DNA of 52,145 bases from contig PLYR01000066.1 in assembly GCA_003153435.1 (NCBI GenBank), positions 16,168-68,312 of the forward strand. Reading direction: 5' to 3'. Made by a program: the position numbers and the translations under genes. Every line of letters starts with the position of its first letter. Within the stretch, counting starts at the first letter, position 1. Shown here in pieces: positions 1-9,001 of the stretch. This stretch comes from Bacteroidota bacterium. GTDB taxonomy: Bacteria > Bacteroidota > Bacteroidia > Palsa-965. The notes under the pieces are model-generated. The model saw only the letters and a list, made by a program, of their open reading frames with translations. It ran no database searches and was not told the origin of the DNA.

Positions 1-108
1 TTTTTGCTGGATTTGAAGCTTTCTAGGCTGATAAAAATGAACAGAGAGCCATTTGATTTCGGCAGAAGGGGGCCTTTTTCTTGTAATTTTAAGCATTAAT
101 AGGAACGT

Positions 109-849
109 ATGCACGATTTTGCCTCCGACTGGGCCTCCTTATTCAGTCTTTCCTCTCTCATCAGTTTGCTGACACTCACCGTGCTGGAGATTGTACTTGG
201 CGTTGATAACGTTATTTTCATTGCTATCGTTGCCGGCAAACTTCCGAAAGACCAGCAATCCCGTGCAAGGACAATGGGTCTTTCGCTTGCTTTGATTTTC
301 AGAATCGGTTTACTCATATCTATTACCTGGATACTTGGACTGAAGAAACCTTTACTGAGCCTTTGGGGCTTTGATGCAACAGGAAGGGACCTGATCCTTT
401 TTGGAGGAGGAATCTTTTTGCTTATTAAAACAATAGGGGAGATTCTTTCTAAACTCCGCGGTGAAGATGAAGCAGCTTCCCTGAAACTTAAAACAATTTC
501 TCTCTCTGCGGTGATCATGCAGATTGTCTTTATTGATATTATTTTTTCGTTTGATTCGATCCTTACTGCAGTAAGCATGGTTTCGAATGTGCTGATCATG
601 ATTGGTGCTGTCATCGTGGCCATGTTTCTGATGTTGGCATTTTCGGGAAGAGTAAGCGATTTTATAAACCGTCATCCGACCATCAAAATGCTGGCTCTGG
701 CATTCTTACTGATGGTCGCATTTATTCTTTTTATGGATGCTCTTCATTTTAATGTAGCGGCGATCAAACCTTATATCTATGTATCTATGGCTTTTGCTTT
801 AGGCGTGGAACTGCTCAATATGAGGGAACGTAGCGCTAAAGGCAAATAA
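109..849 (+). CDS. TerC family integral membrane protein
   Basis: LEIVLGVDN and DIIFSFDSILTAV motifs; multiple TM segments. Confidence 0.9.
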   Translation: MHDFASDWASLFSLSSLISLLTLTVLEIVLGVDNVIFIAIVAGKLPKDQQSRARTMGLSLALIFRIGLLISITWILGLKKPLLSLWGFDATGRDLILFGGGIFLLIKTIGEILSKLRGEDEAASLKLKTISLSAVIMQIVFIDIIFSFDSILTAVSMVSNVLIMIGAVIVAMFLMLAFSGRVSDFINRHPTIKMLALAFLLMVAFILFMDALHFNVAAIKPYIYVSMAFALGVELLNMRERSAKGK

Positions 850-1419
850 ATGAAACAGGGTCTGCACTCATTCCTTATTGCATTTTTTTTATACTCCGCA
901 TTCTGTATCTCTGAAGGATATGGACAAAAGTCGCTTCCCAACTACAATGCACTATTTAAACGCGAAGCATTGGAAGGAAAATGGTATCTGGTCATGACAA
1001 ATGCCAGGCACTGGAACTCGGACAAAACAACCAATATCATTTTTGATTTCGTTACCCTGAAATCACCTTCCGGAGAAGCAACAGATCATTTTAACGAAAC
1101 AATTTCCTATCTCGAATCTGGCAAGGCAAAAGAACGGACAAAAGCACTGTACCCAAAAGCAAACAAGAAATTCGGTGAGCAGAAATTGTATAGAGGAAAA
1201 CATTCCCAGGTGCACTGGTATATTGTAGCTACAGCAACTGACAACCATTGGCTGGTTGTTTATCTTCACGGCGGTTTATTCAGGAAAGACGCAATAGAAG
1301 TCATTTCAAGAAACCCCAACCTCGATAAGGAAGACCTGGAACAGATCCGGAAATTATTTGAGGAGAGTTATTTTCTTCAGTCTAAGACCAAGAAGATCAG
1401 GGAAAATATTCAGAAGTAG
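850..1419 (+). CDS. Secreted lipocalin (Blc)-like protein
   Basis: Signal peptide, GKWY motif, WYIVATA..W..V and ISRNPNL lipocalin-like segments. Confidence 0.6.
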   Translation: MKQGLHSFLIAFFLYSAFCISEGYGQKSLPNYNALFKREALEGKWYLVMTNARHWNSDKTTNIIFDFVTLKSPSGEATDHFNETISYLESGKAKERTKALYPKANKKFGEQKLYRGKHSQVHWYIVATATDNHWLVVYLHGGLFRKDAIEVISRNPNLDKEDLEQIRKLFEESYFLQSKTKKIRENIQK

Positions 1420-1451
1420 ATGAATGATATGTCAGATTGTTTTTAGAATCT

Positions 1452-2351
1452 CTAAAAACCATGGAATGTTGTTCCAAGATGCCGGAACCAGAGTTCGGAA
1501 ATAACAAATACAGAGAAAATAATGCTCGCAATACCATTCAGGGTCATAAATGCGAGATTGATCCTACTCAGGTCATGGGGCTTTACAATAAAATGCTGGT
1601 AAATAAGCAGGAGTATAAATATAGACGCTCCGATCCAGTATAATATTCCAAAGCCTGCATAGACTCCAGCCTGAATCACAAGTAAAGCAGAACCTAGGTG
1701 AAGGAATGATGATAATATCAAGGTTCTTTTTTTACCTAACCAAACAGGGATAGATCGCAGATTTTGGGATCGGTCAAATTCTTCATCCTGTAAAGCATAA
1801 ATCATGTCAAATCCGCTGACCCAGCAGAGTACCGCAAATGAATACATCAGTGGCATAATATTGAATTTGCCGGTTACAGCGAGGAATGCTCCGATGGGAG
1901 CGAGGGATAAACCAATACCCAGTATAAGATGACAAAGTGCCGTAAAGCGTTTCGTATAGCTATATCCAAGAATGATTATCAGAGCCACAGGTGATAACTG
2001 AAAACAAATAGGATTAATAAACCAGGTAGTAAGGATGAAGAGGGCACAATTTAAAATTACAAAAAACAGGGCGTTCCTCGTGGAAATAATCCCTGCAGGA
2101 ATTTCACGGATTGCGGTGCGGGGATTCGCTGCATCATATCTGCGGTCGATATACCTGTTAAAACCCATCGCTGCACTTCTGGCAAAAACCATACAGAGAA
2201 TAACCAGCCCGAGCAGAGACCAGGAAAAGCGGGTTGTACTCATTGTTAATGCAAGAAAAAATCCGATCAGTGCAAAAGGAAGGGCAAAAACGGTATGACT
2301 GAACTTGATGAGTGAAAAATAGCTTTTCACCTTTGGAGCAGATTCGTTCAT
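1452..2351 (-). CDS. UbiA-family polyprenyltransferase (MqnP-like)
   Basis: LIKFSHTVFALPFA, AMGFNRYIDRRYDAANPRT, GFDMIYALQDEEFD. Confidence 0.88.
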   Translation of the reverse strand: MNESAPKVKSYFSLIKFSHTVFALPFALIGFFLALTMSTTRFSWSLLGLVILCMVFARSAAMGFNRYIDRRYDAANPRTAIREIPAGIISTRNALFFVILNCALFILTTWFINPICFQLSPVALIIILGYSYTKRFTALCHLILGIGLSLAPIGAFLAVTGKFNIMPLMYSFAVLCWVSGFDMIYALQDEEFDRSQNLRSIPVWLGKKRTLILSSFLHLGSALLVIQAGVYAGFGILYWIGASIFILLLIYQHFIVKPHDLSRINLAFMTLNGIASIIFSVFVISELWFRHLGTTFHGF

Positions 2352-2626
2352 GAACTGTGAAGGGCTTTAACGATCAGAATCATAATGATGGGAGCTGAAC
2401 AAAGCAAGATGCCAAGAGTCCCCGGCGTAACCTTCTTCTCACTGACCTTATAACGGAGATTCAGGAAAATATAAACATTGGAAGCCAGAAAGCCGATGAG
2501 CCCGCTGAGCATCGCAGCGAAAAGAAAGAACCTAATTGGTTTAACTAGAAAAAGTAAAGTGGTGGTAGCTGCGAGAACGCCGATAATGATCGAACAGGTA
2601 CCCAGAATCCGGGTGATTTTTTCCAT
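2348..2626 (-). CDS. Small hypothetical membrane protein (about 3 TM)
   Basis: Hydrophobic 92-aa ORF; 4-nt overlap with the downstream gene and 2-nt gap to the upstream gene. Confidence 0.7.
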   Translation of the reverse strand: MEKITRILGTCSIIIGVLAATTTLLFLVKPIRFFLFAAMLSGLIGFLASNVYIFLNLRYKVSEKKVTPGTLGILLCSAPIIMILIVKALHSS

Positions 2627-2628
2627 AC

Positions 2629-4785
2629 TCAGTGAACGGCAATTTTTCGGGTTTCGCTTTTCATTCCTTTCCGGTCGAGGGTCAGGAAATAAATACCGCT
2701 TCCCATATTGCTACGGGGTAAAGTTAAGGACTTTGTTCCCTCCGGAACGGTAAAATGTATGATTTCCTTACCCAGCACATCAAAGACCCTGATTCCGGCA
2801 CTACCCTGTATTTCATCAAACGAAACGGTCGTGCTCTCCCCAAAGGGATTAGGCCATATTTCCAGATTTCCTCCTCTGTTAATGATCTCTGAAATGGCTA
2901 ATGGATTACAGAGAGTCATAGCTCCAAAAGCATTTGCTTTACCATATCCCCACTTGTTATCAGGCAGGGAAGATCCTGTATATACATCCTGTGTAGCGGA
3001 GCAGGTAATAGCCGCTTTAATATCGAGATTTGTGGCCCCTGGAGTCTGTTGGAGTAGAAGAGCCGCAATTCCGGTGATAACAGGTGAGGATTGAGAAGTC
3101 CCCCCTCCTACCAGATGCATCCCTCCATAACCAATCTGAGTGGCTGGTGAATAGTATTGCTTCTGAGACATGACCATGCAGGAGATTACATAATCACCGG
3201 TTGCGGCAATGTCTGGTTTTAGCAAGCCAGTTCGGGTTGGCCCGTGACCCGAAGAAGGAGCAAGTCTTCGCGGTCTGAAGATGAAACTGGTATCACACCA
3301 TACCGTATCATTCTCTGCAAGAAAACAATTCTTATTTACATAATTGGCTACACTGATCACATTCGGAGAACACTGAAAACCTGTTTCCATTGTTTTGTCG
3401 AAGTCTGGTAGCTTACCATTTGCAGCCGGAGGATAGATTACAGGAGATGGAAGAGGCCCTGGGAAGAACTGAAAACACCAGGCATCAAAGGTTCCTGTCC
3501 CGGAGGTAATTACCCTAAAATTATCATAAGTAGAATCGGGAGTCACGATATATTCAATGGAATATACATTTCCCTTTTTCTGCTCGAACGACTGGATTAC
3601 AGCCACACGATTGGAATTGCTGAAGATAGTATCATATACAATGACCCCTACCTGAGAGGTGAATGAACGAAAAGGGGTCCTGCCCCTGAATGAATAGGAA
3701 GGACTAACCTGATCGGCTCCGATCGCAAAATTAAGTCCTTTCATAGAAGAGGAGTCACCGTAAATCTGAACATCCATTACCGTATTGCCGTTGGCCGTGT
3801 CGCTGCTGTTAAAACGCATCCAGGTAAAGGAGGAGTCGTTGGTCAGGGAATTTGTTGAATGGTAAGCAATGTCGCCACTGTTACCGGTAGCAGCCACAAA
3901 CACCCTTCCGGGTTGGCCCGTAACAAGACTGTCAATGATTTTTGCTTCAAGATCCGTTCCATCATGCGATCCCATTTCTGATCCCAAACTGCAATTGATG
4001 ACACAAGGTTTCCCAAGGGCTTTTGCTTTGGAGAAAATATATTCAGCCCCGTCTGCAATAGTGGGTCCTGGGTTATTGAAATCCACGGCTACCATAATGA
4101 TATCAGCCTTGGGAGCGACACCTGCATAACGGTTAACAGCTCTTCCGTTTCCCGCTGCTGTTCCTGCCACACGTGTTCCATGACCATAATAAGGGGTATC
4201 CACTTCAGTGCACTTACCACTGTCAATCTGGATGTTCGTCCATTCCTGACCAAAGTTGAAAGGCTGGGGCGTATTCGCTGCAATAGGCATTTTCTGATCC
4301 CAGATATACAGAATTCTGGTTTTGCCAAGACTATCCTTGAAATCAGGATGTGTGAAATCTATACCGGTGTCAATAAACCCGCAGACAATACCTTTACCAT
4401 CATAAGCCTGGGAAAGGGGGGCTGTCCCGTTGTGTACTTTCACAATATTATTCAGATAAACCATCGTGTCATTGAGGGGATGAAGGCGGATACTACCTTG
4501 TTCTATCCGGGTAATGAAAGGTACGGATGCTAACTTAACGAGTTGATTGGCTGGAATAGTTACTGAGGAGATGGTACCTATGTGATATTTGTAGTGACCA
4601 CCACACTGCTCAACGGCCCGCTGAACACCAACAGTGTTACCTTGAATGAGTACACCGATCTGGGTATAATTTTTTGATTTGTTATGAGAGAGGCGGTAGA
4701 GCTCCATAGACATTTTGCTCTGCTGTCCATAGATACAGGAAACGCAGAGTAAAAAGAGAACTGAAAAAGAGATGCGGATATACAT
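2629..4785 (-). CDS. S8 subtilisin-like serine peptidase with T9SS type-A C-terminal domain
   Basis: FIDTG (Asp), GHGT (His), GGTSQSSP (Ser), KPDIAA; C-terminal IWPNP...SGIYFL...RKIAVH. Confidence 0.9.
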   Translation of the reverse strand: MYIRISFSVLFLLCVSCIYGQQSKMSMELYRLSHNKSKNYTQIGVLIQGNTVGVQRAVEQCGGHYKYHIGTISSVTIPANQLVKLASVPFITRIEQGSIRLHPLNDTMVYLNNIVKVHNGTAPLSQAYDGKGIVCGFIDTGIDFTHPDFKDSLGKTRILYIWDQKMPIAANTPQPFNFGQEWTNIQIDSGKCTEVDTPYYGHGTRVAGTAAGNGRAVNRYAGVAPKADIIMVAVDFNNPGPTIADGAEYIFSKAKALGKPCVINCSLGSEMGSHDGTDLEAKIIDSLVTGQPGRVFVAATGNSGDIAYHSTNSLTNDSSFTWMRFNSSDTANGNTVMDVQIYGDSSSMKGLNFAIGADQVSPSYSFRGRTPFRSFTSQVGVIVYDTIFSNSNRVAVIQSFEQKKGNVYSIEYIVTPDSTYDNFRVITSGTGTFDAWCFQFFPGPLPSPVIYPPAANGKLPDFDKTMETGFQCSPNVISVANYVNKNCFLAENDTVWCDTSFIFRPRRLAPSSGHGPTRTGLLKPDIAATGDYVISCMVMSQKQYYSPATQIGYGGMHLVGGGTSQSSPVITGIAALLLQQTPGATNLDIKAAITCSATQDVYTGSSLPDNKWGYGKANAFGAMTLCNPLAISEIINRGGNLEIWPNPFGESTTVSFDEIQGSAGIRVFDVLGKEIIHFTVPEGTKSLTLPRSNMGSGIYFLTLDRKGMKSETRKIAVH

Positions 4786-4845
4786 AGGTGAATTACCATT
4801 TAAAGGTAGTCAAAAAAATGAAATATTCGTATATTTACTTCCCAC

Positions 4846-6333
4846 ATGCCGAATGAAACTTCCGCTCCTTATACCCTTCGTTTTCTCAATGCTTGCAGGT
4901 CTTTTGGAGACAGGCCCGCCCTTGTTGATGCGGTAAAGTCCTATTCATATTCAGAACTGAAAGGAATAGTCTCTGGAATTATGAATTTGCTGACGGAACG
5001 ATTTCCAGATGAAACCATGATCGGAGTAGTCGATCAGAATGACGTCTATACTTATGCCTCGATTCTGGCCATCAATCTTTGTGGGAAAACACATGTGCCA
5101 TTCAATATCCGATACCCAGAGGAAAAGTTGGTTGTGATAGCTGAAAAAGCTTCGGTAAGGATAATCCTTTCCTCTTATGCTTTTCAGTGTGGGAATTTAC
5201 ACATACTATTGACGCTGGGTATAACAGGAGGCATTTCAGAGGATTTTGTTCCGGTAAAAAAATCTGTTAATCCTGCATATCTTCTTTTTACTTCAGGCAG
5301 CACCGGGGAACCGAAGGGTGTTCCCATTTACAATCATCATCTGAACGCATTCTTTGATTTTTTTCTTGACGGGGGAGTTTTTTATTTTGATGAAAAGGAC
5401 AGATTTCTGCAAGTCTATGAAACAAGCTTCGATGTGTCTGTATTTTCAGCTTTCACACCATTGCTTTCGGGTGGATGTTTTTACCTGCTTCCCAGGAAGA
5501 CTTTTGCCTATCTCGAAATCCCGAAAATACTTTCTTCTTGTGAAATAACAGTGCTGAGTATGGTCCCCTCCATGCTCCATTTTCTTTCTCCCTATTTTAA
5601 ACAGCTAAGATTTGAAAAACTGAGGTATAGTTTTTTCTCCGGCGATAAACTTCTGAATTCCCTATTGCAAGACTGGAGTACCTGTGTACCTCATTCAGTA
5701 ATCGTAAACTGTTATGGACCTACCGAAACAACCATCGTCTGTTCTCACTACCTATGGGATGCACAAAAAGCGGTGAAAGATTCTTTTGAAGGGATCGTAT
5801 CCATAGGAAAGCTTTTCCCTGGAACCAATTATGTTCTGAGAAATGCAAAGGAAATCGGGCCCGGCCTCCTGGAAGGGGAGCTCTGTCTATGCGGCCAACA
5901 AGTAATAGACGCCTATCTGAACAAGGAGAACTCGGAAAAATTTATGGAATGGACGCTAGACGGAAAAGAATGCCGGTTTTATTGCACTGGTGACCGGGTA
6001 AGGGTTAATACCGAGGGAAATCTTTTGTTTCTTGGCAGGACGGATCATCAAATCAAAGCAGGAGGTTATCGGGTGGAACCCGCAGAAATTGAGACCGCTC
6101 TGAGACAGGTGTCAGGAAACAGTCTCTGCGTTGTAATGGGTGTTGATTCGCTGCAAGGTTCTACCCAGGTTGTGGCGTTTGTGGAAGGAAAAGGAGATGA
6201 AACTGAACTTATCAGGAAGTTAAGGAAAAAACTTCCTCCTCACTGCATCCCTTCCCGAATTACCTTTCTTGATCAGCTGCCTTTGAACATCAACGGGAAA
6301 GTGGACCGCCGGGAATTGTGTAAATTTGTTTAA
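4846..6333 (+). CDS. Stand-alone amino-acid adenylation enzyme (DltA-like carrier-protein ligase)
   Basis: YLLFTSGSTGEPKG, SFDVS, YGPTE, YCTGD, GRTDHQIK.GGYRVEPAEIE, NGKVDR. Confidence 0.88.
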   Translation: MPNETSAPYTLRFLNACRSFGDRPALVDAVKSYSYSELKGIVSGIMNLLTERFPDETMIGVVDQNDVYTYASILAINLCGKTHVPFNIRYPEEKLVVIAEKASVRIILSSYAFQCGNLHILLTLGITGGISEDFVPVKKSVNPAYLLFTSGSTGEPKGVPIYNHHLNAFFDFFLDGGVFYFDEKDRFLQVYETSFDVSVFSAFTPLLSGGCFYLLPRKTFAYLEIPKILSSCEITVLSMVPSMLHFLSPYFKQLRFEKLRYSFFSGDKLLNSLLQDWSTCVPHSVIVNCYGPTETTIVCSHYLWDAQKAVKDSFEGIVSIGKLFPGTNYVLRNAKEIGPGLLEGELCLCGQQVIDAYLNKENSEKFMEWTLDGKECRFYCTGDRVRVNTEGNLLFLGRTDHQIKAGGYRVEPAEIETALRQVSGNSLCVVMGVDSLQGSTQVVAFVEGKGDETELIRKLRKKLPPHCIPSRITFLDQLPLNINGKVDRRELCKFV

Positions 6334-6360
6334 AGAATCTGCCTTACTTTACAGAAATCC

Positions 6361-6600
6361 ATGACCATGATTCTTGATGAGTTGAATAAAGTGTTTTGCA
6401 GGGTGTTTCATACAAAGGATCTGGTGATCACCCTGCATTCAGATGCATCTTCCCTGGATGGGTGGGATTCTCTGACGCATGTTGCACTTATTTCGGAAAC
6501 GGAGAAGCATTTTAAAATTACTTTTTCATTTAATGAAATGATGCAGTTTCGGAATGTGGGCGATCTGGTGAAAGCCATTGAAAAACACCTACAGCATTAA
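6361..6600 (+). CDS. Acyl/aminoacyl carrier protein (DltC-like)
   Basis: 79 aa; GWDSL phosphopantetheine serine motif; lies between the A-domain and MBOAT genes. Confidence 0.88.
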   Translation: MTMILDELNKVFCRVFHTKDLVITLHSDASSLDGWDSLTHVALISETEKHFKITFSFNEMMQFRNVGDLVKAIEKHLQH

Positions 6601-6602
6601 GT

Positions 6603-8033
6603 ATGCATTTTCTCTCTGTTCCCTTCTTTTGTTTTCTTGCAGTGGCAGGGTTTCTTTCCCACTTTCTCCCTTACAAACAAAGGTGGAAACTACTGTTGAT
6701 CCTAAGTCTCTTTTATATCGGGCTATGGAACCCGGGGGCTTTGCTTGTGCTGATCTTTTCTTCCCTGTTTACATTTTATACCGGGCTTCTAATTGCACAA
6801 AATCGGAAATTTCGAGTCTGGGTTTATCTGTTATCAGTGACGATCCAGGTTCTAAGCCTCTTTCTACTTAAGTATGTAGAGTCTGAGAGTACGGGTTTGC
6901 ATTTTTTATTCCATGAAGCGGGATTCCGGCTGGATCTCATCCTCTACGCTGTTGGTTTTTCATTTTACACCTTACAACATATTGGGTATATTACGGAGAT
7001 TTATTATTCAAGAGCAGAGCCGGAAAAGAATCCACTGGATTTTCTTCTCTTCTCCTCCTTTTTCGCCAAATTCTCATCAGGTCCATTGGAGCAGGCTCCG
7101 AAACTAATTGCTCAGTTCAGGAATCCTTCAGCAGATTTGACTCTGATCTATGAAGGAATTCAACGGGTCGTGCTGGGAATCTTCAAAAAAATGGTCCTCG
7201 CCGATCGCCTTGCCCCTTCGGTAGCGCGCGTTTTTGAAGCAGGGCAAGGGCAGGGGAGTGCTGTCACGGTGGCCGGAGCCTGTTTGTTTACAGTTCAGCT
7301 TTATTTTGACTTTTCTGCTTATAGTGATATAGCCATTGGCGCTGCAAAGATTTTTGGGATCAGCCTCACAGAGAATTTTGACAGACCCTTTCTTTCCACC
7401 TCTGTTTCAGAATTCTGGAGGAGGTGGCACATTTCTCTTATCAGCTGGTTCAGCAATTATATTTATTATCCGCTAGTTTTTCGTCTCCGAAGGTATAAAG
7501 GGACAGCTGTCCTGGTTGGAATCCTGGTTACTTTTCTTCTCTCTGGATTCTGGCACGGCCTGGGTTTTACTTTTTTTATCTGGAGCTTACTGCACATTTG
7601 TTTCCTCTGTTTTGAAAGCCTCACTAAAAATATTCGACTGAATGCATCACGAAGTATTCCCGCGTTAATTTACAAGCCCTTCAGTATCCTGATTACATTT
7701 CTGTTGGTCTGTTTCAGTAATCTCTTTTTTCGGGCTCCGGATATTACAGTCGCCAAGCAATTGTTTCGGCAGCTTTACGGCCCACTCTTTCAGGGTAAGG
7801 GATTTATGGAAGGGTTTCTTTCTATCCTTGCCGGAGGTGGTTATCAAGAAGTATTATTCAATTTTTACTTGACACTGATGCTCGTAGGAGGATTTCTAAT
7901 TCTTGAAAAACACCTTTTGAAGCCACTACTTCCAAGCAGGGGACTCTTTCTGCGCACCTTCTTTCTGGTCACACTGATTTTTGTATTCGGAGTATTTAAA
8001 CATGCAGAATATTTTATCTATCAGCAATTCTAA
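6603..8033 (+). CDS. MBOAT O-acyltransferase (DltB/AlgI family)
   Basis: GFSFYTLQ, QLYFDFSAYSDIAIG, EFWRRWHISL, SGFWHG (catalytic His); C-terminal FIYQQF. Confidence 0.93.
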   Translation: MHFLSVPFFCFLAVAGFLSHFLPYKQRWKLLLILSLFYIGLWNPGALLVLIFSSLFTFYTGLLIAQNRKFRVWVYLLSVTIQVLSLFLLKYVESESTGLHFLFHEAGFRLDLILYAVGFSFYTLQHIGYITEIYYSRAEPEKNPLDFLLFSSFFAKFSSGPLEQAPKLIAQFRNPSADLTLIYEGIQRVVLGIFKKMVLADRLAPSVARVFEAGQGQGSAVTVAGACLFTVQLYFDFSAYSDIAIGAAKIFGISLTENFDRPFLSTSVSEFWRRWHISLISWFSNYIYYPLVFRLRRYKGTAVLVGILVTFLLSGFWHGLGFTFFIWSLLHICFLCFESLTKNIRLNASRSIPALIYKPFSILITFLLVCFSNLFFRAPDITVAKQLFRQLYGPLFQGKGFMEGFLSILAGGGYQEVLFNFYLTLMLVGGFLILEKHLLKPLLPSRGLFLRTFFLVTLIFVFGVFKHAEYFIYQQF

Positions 8034-8989
8034 TGTATAAACGAATTATACTTTTCATTGCTCTCCTACTGGTGCTACTCCTTGGCTTGGAAAAGCTTTA
8101 TGACCATTTTCTTCTGAAAAACGTAGACCTCAAAAGTTCCTTCGTTACTTCACAACCGGTCAATGCAGATGTGCTCTTCCTCGGTCCCTGCGAACCCTTA
8201 TGGATGATGAATCCTGCTCTGTTTCAAAAGTATGCCGGTTTGAAAGGCTTTAATCTCTCCACCGTTCATGCCAATTTTGCAGAGAACGAAGGCATGCTAC
8301 ATCTGTATCTGGAGCATAACAAAACTCCTCAATATCTTTTTCTGTATGTTACAACAGAATCAGTAGATGGAGCGTTCAACGTATTCAATTCCTATTCCTT
8401 TTCTCAGTTTGTTTCTGATCCGTTCATAAAAAAGATGATCGAAGCTCAGGACCCGCAATATTACCGGTGGGTGGACTGGCCCTTTATGAAGCATGCATAT
8501 TATAATAGCTTTATTACCTTCAATATGGTTCAAGGCATAAAGCATGGCCTTACCGGAAGAATGATTCCGTATTATCCCGATGGATATGTTCCTCCTCATG
8601 GGATAACCTGGGATATGCGATATGAACATTTTGTAAAGGAATTTCCGCTTGGCAGGCATTTTGAATGGAACACCAGTGAAGTGAAGGCTTTGCAGTCGCT
8701 TCTGGACCTTGCGAAAGCACATGGAATAAAGATAGTACTCTATGAATCCCCTATGCTGAACGAAATCAAGCCATTTATTCTTAATAGGGATGAAATCAAG
8801 CAGAAGATCGCTAAATTCGCCATGCAGAACAAGGTGCCTTATTGGGTGTTTGATACCATGCAAATTTCAAATACCCGATCCTGTTTTTTTTCAATTCTGA
8901 ATACAAACAATAAGGGATCGGCTATCTTTAACAAAACTTTCGCTGATTACTTCCTTCGGGAAGTGAGGCGTGATTCATTGCTTCATTAA
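8033..8989 (+). CDS. Membrane-anchored DltD/SGNH-like protein with atypical catalytic motifs
   Basis: N-terminal TM; DVLFLGPCE at block I; GFNLS; KIVLYESP; C-terminal N.KGS.IF; TAATG coupling to the MBOAT. Confidence 0.65.
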   Translation: MYKRIILFIALLLVLLLGLEKLYDHFLLKNVDLKSSFVTSQPVNADVLFLGPCEPLWMMNPALFQKYAGLKGFNLSTVHANFAENEGMLHLYLEHNKTPQYLFLYVTTESVDGAFNVFNSYSFSQFVSDPFIKKMIEAQDPQYYRWVDWPFMKHAYYNSFITFNMVQGIKHGLTGRMIPYYPDGYVPPHGITWDMRYEHFVKEFPLGRHFEWNTSEVKALQSLLDLAKAHGIKIVLYESPMLNEIKPFILNRDEIKQKIAKFAMQNKVPYWVFDTMQISNTRSCFFSILNTNNKGSAIFNKTFADYFLREVRRDSLLH

Positions 8990-9001
8990 ACCTTCGGGAT
9001 T

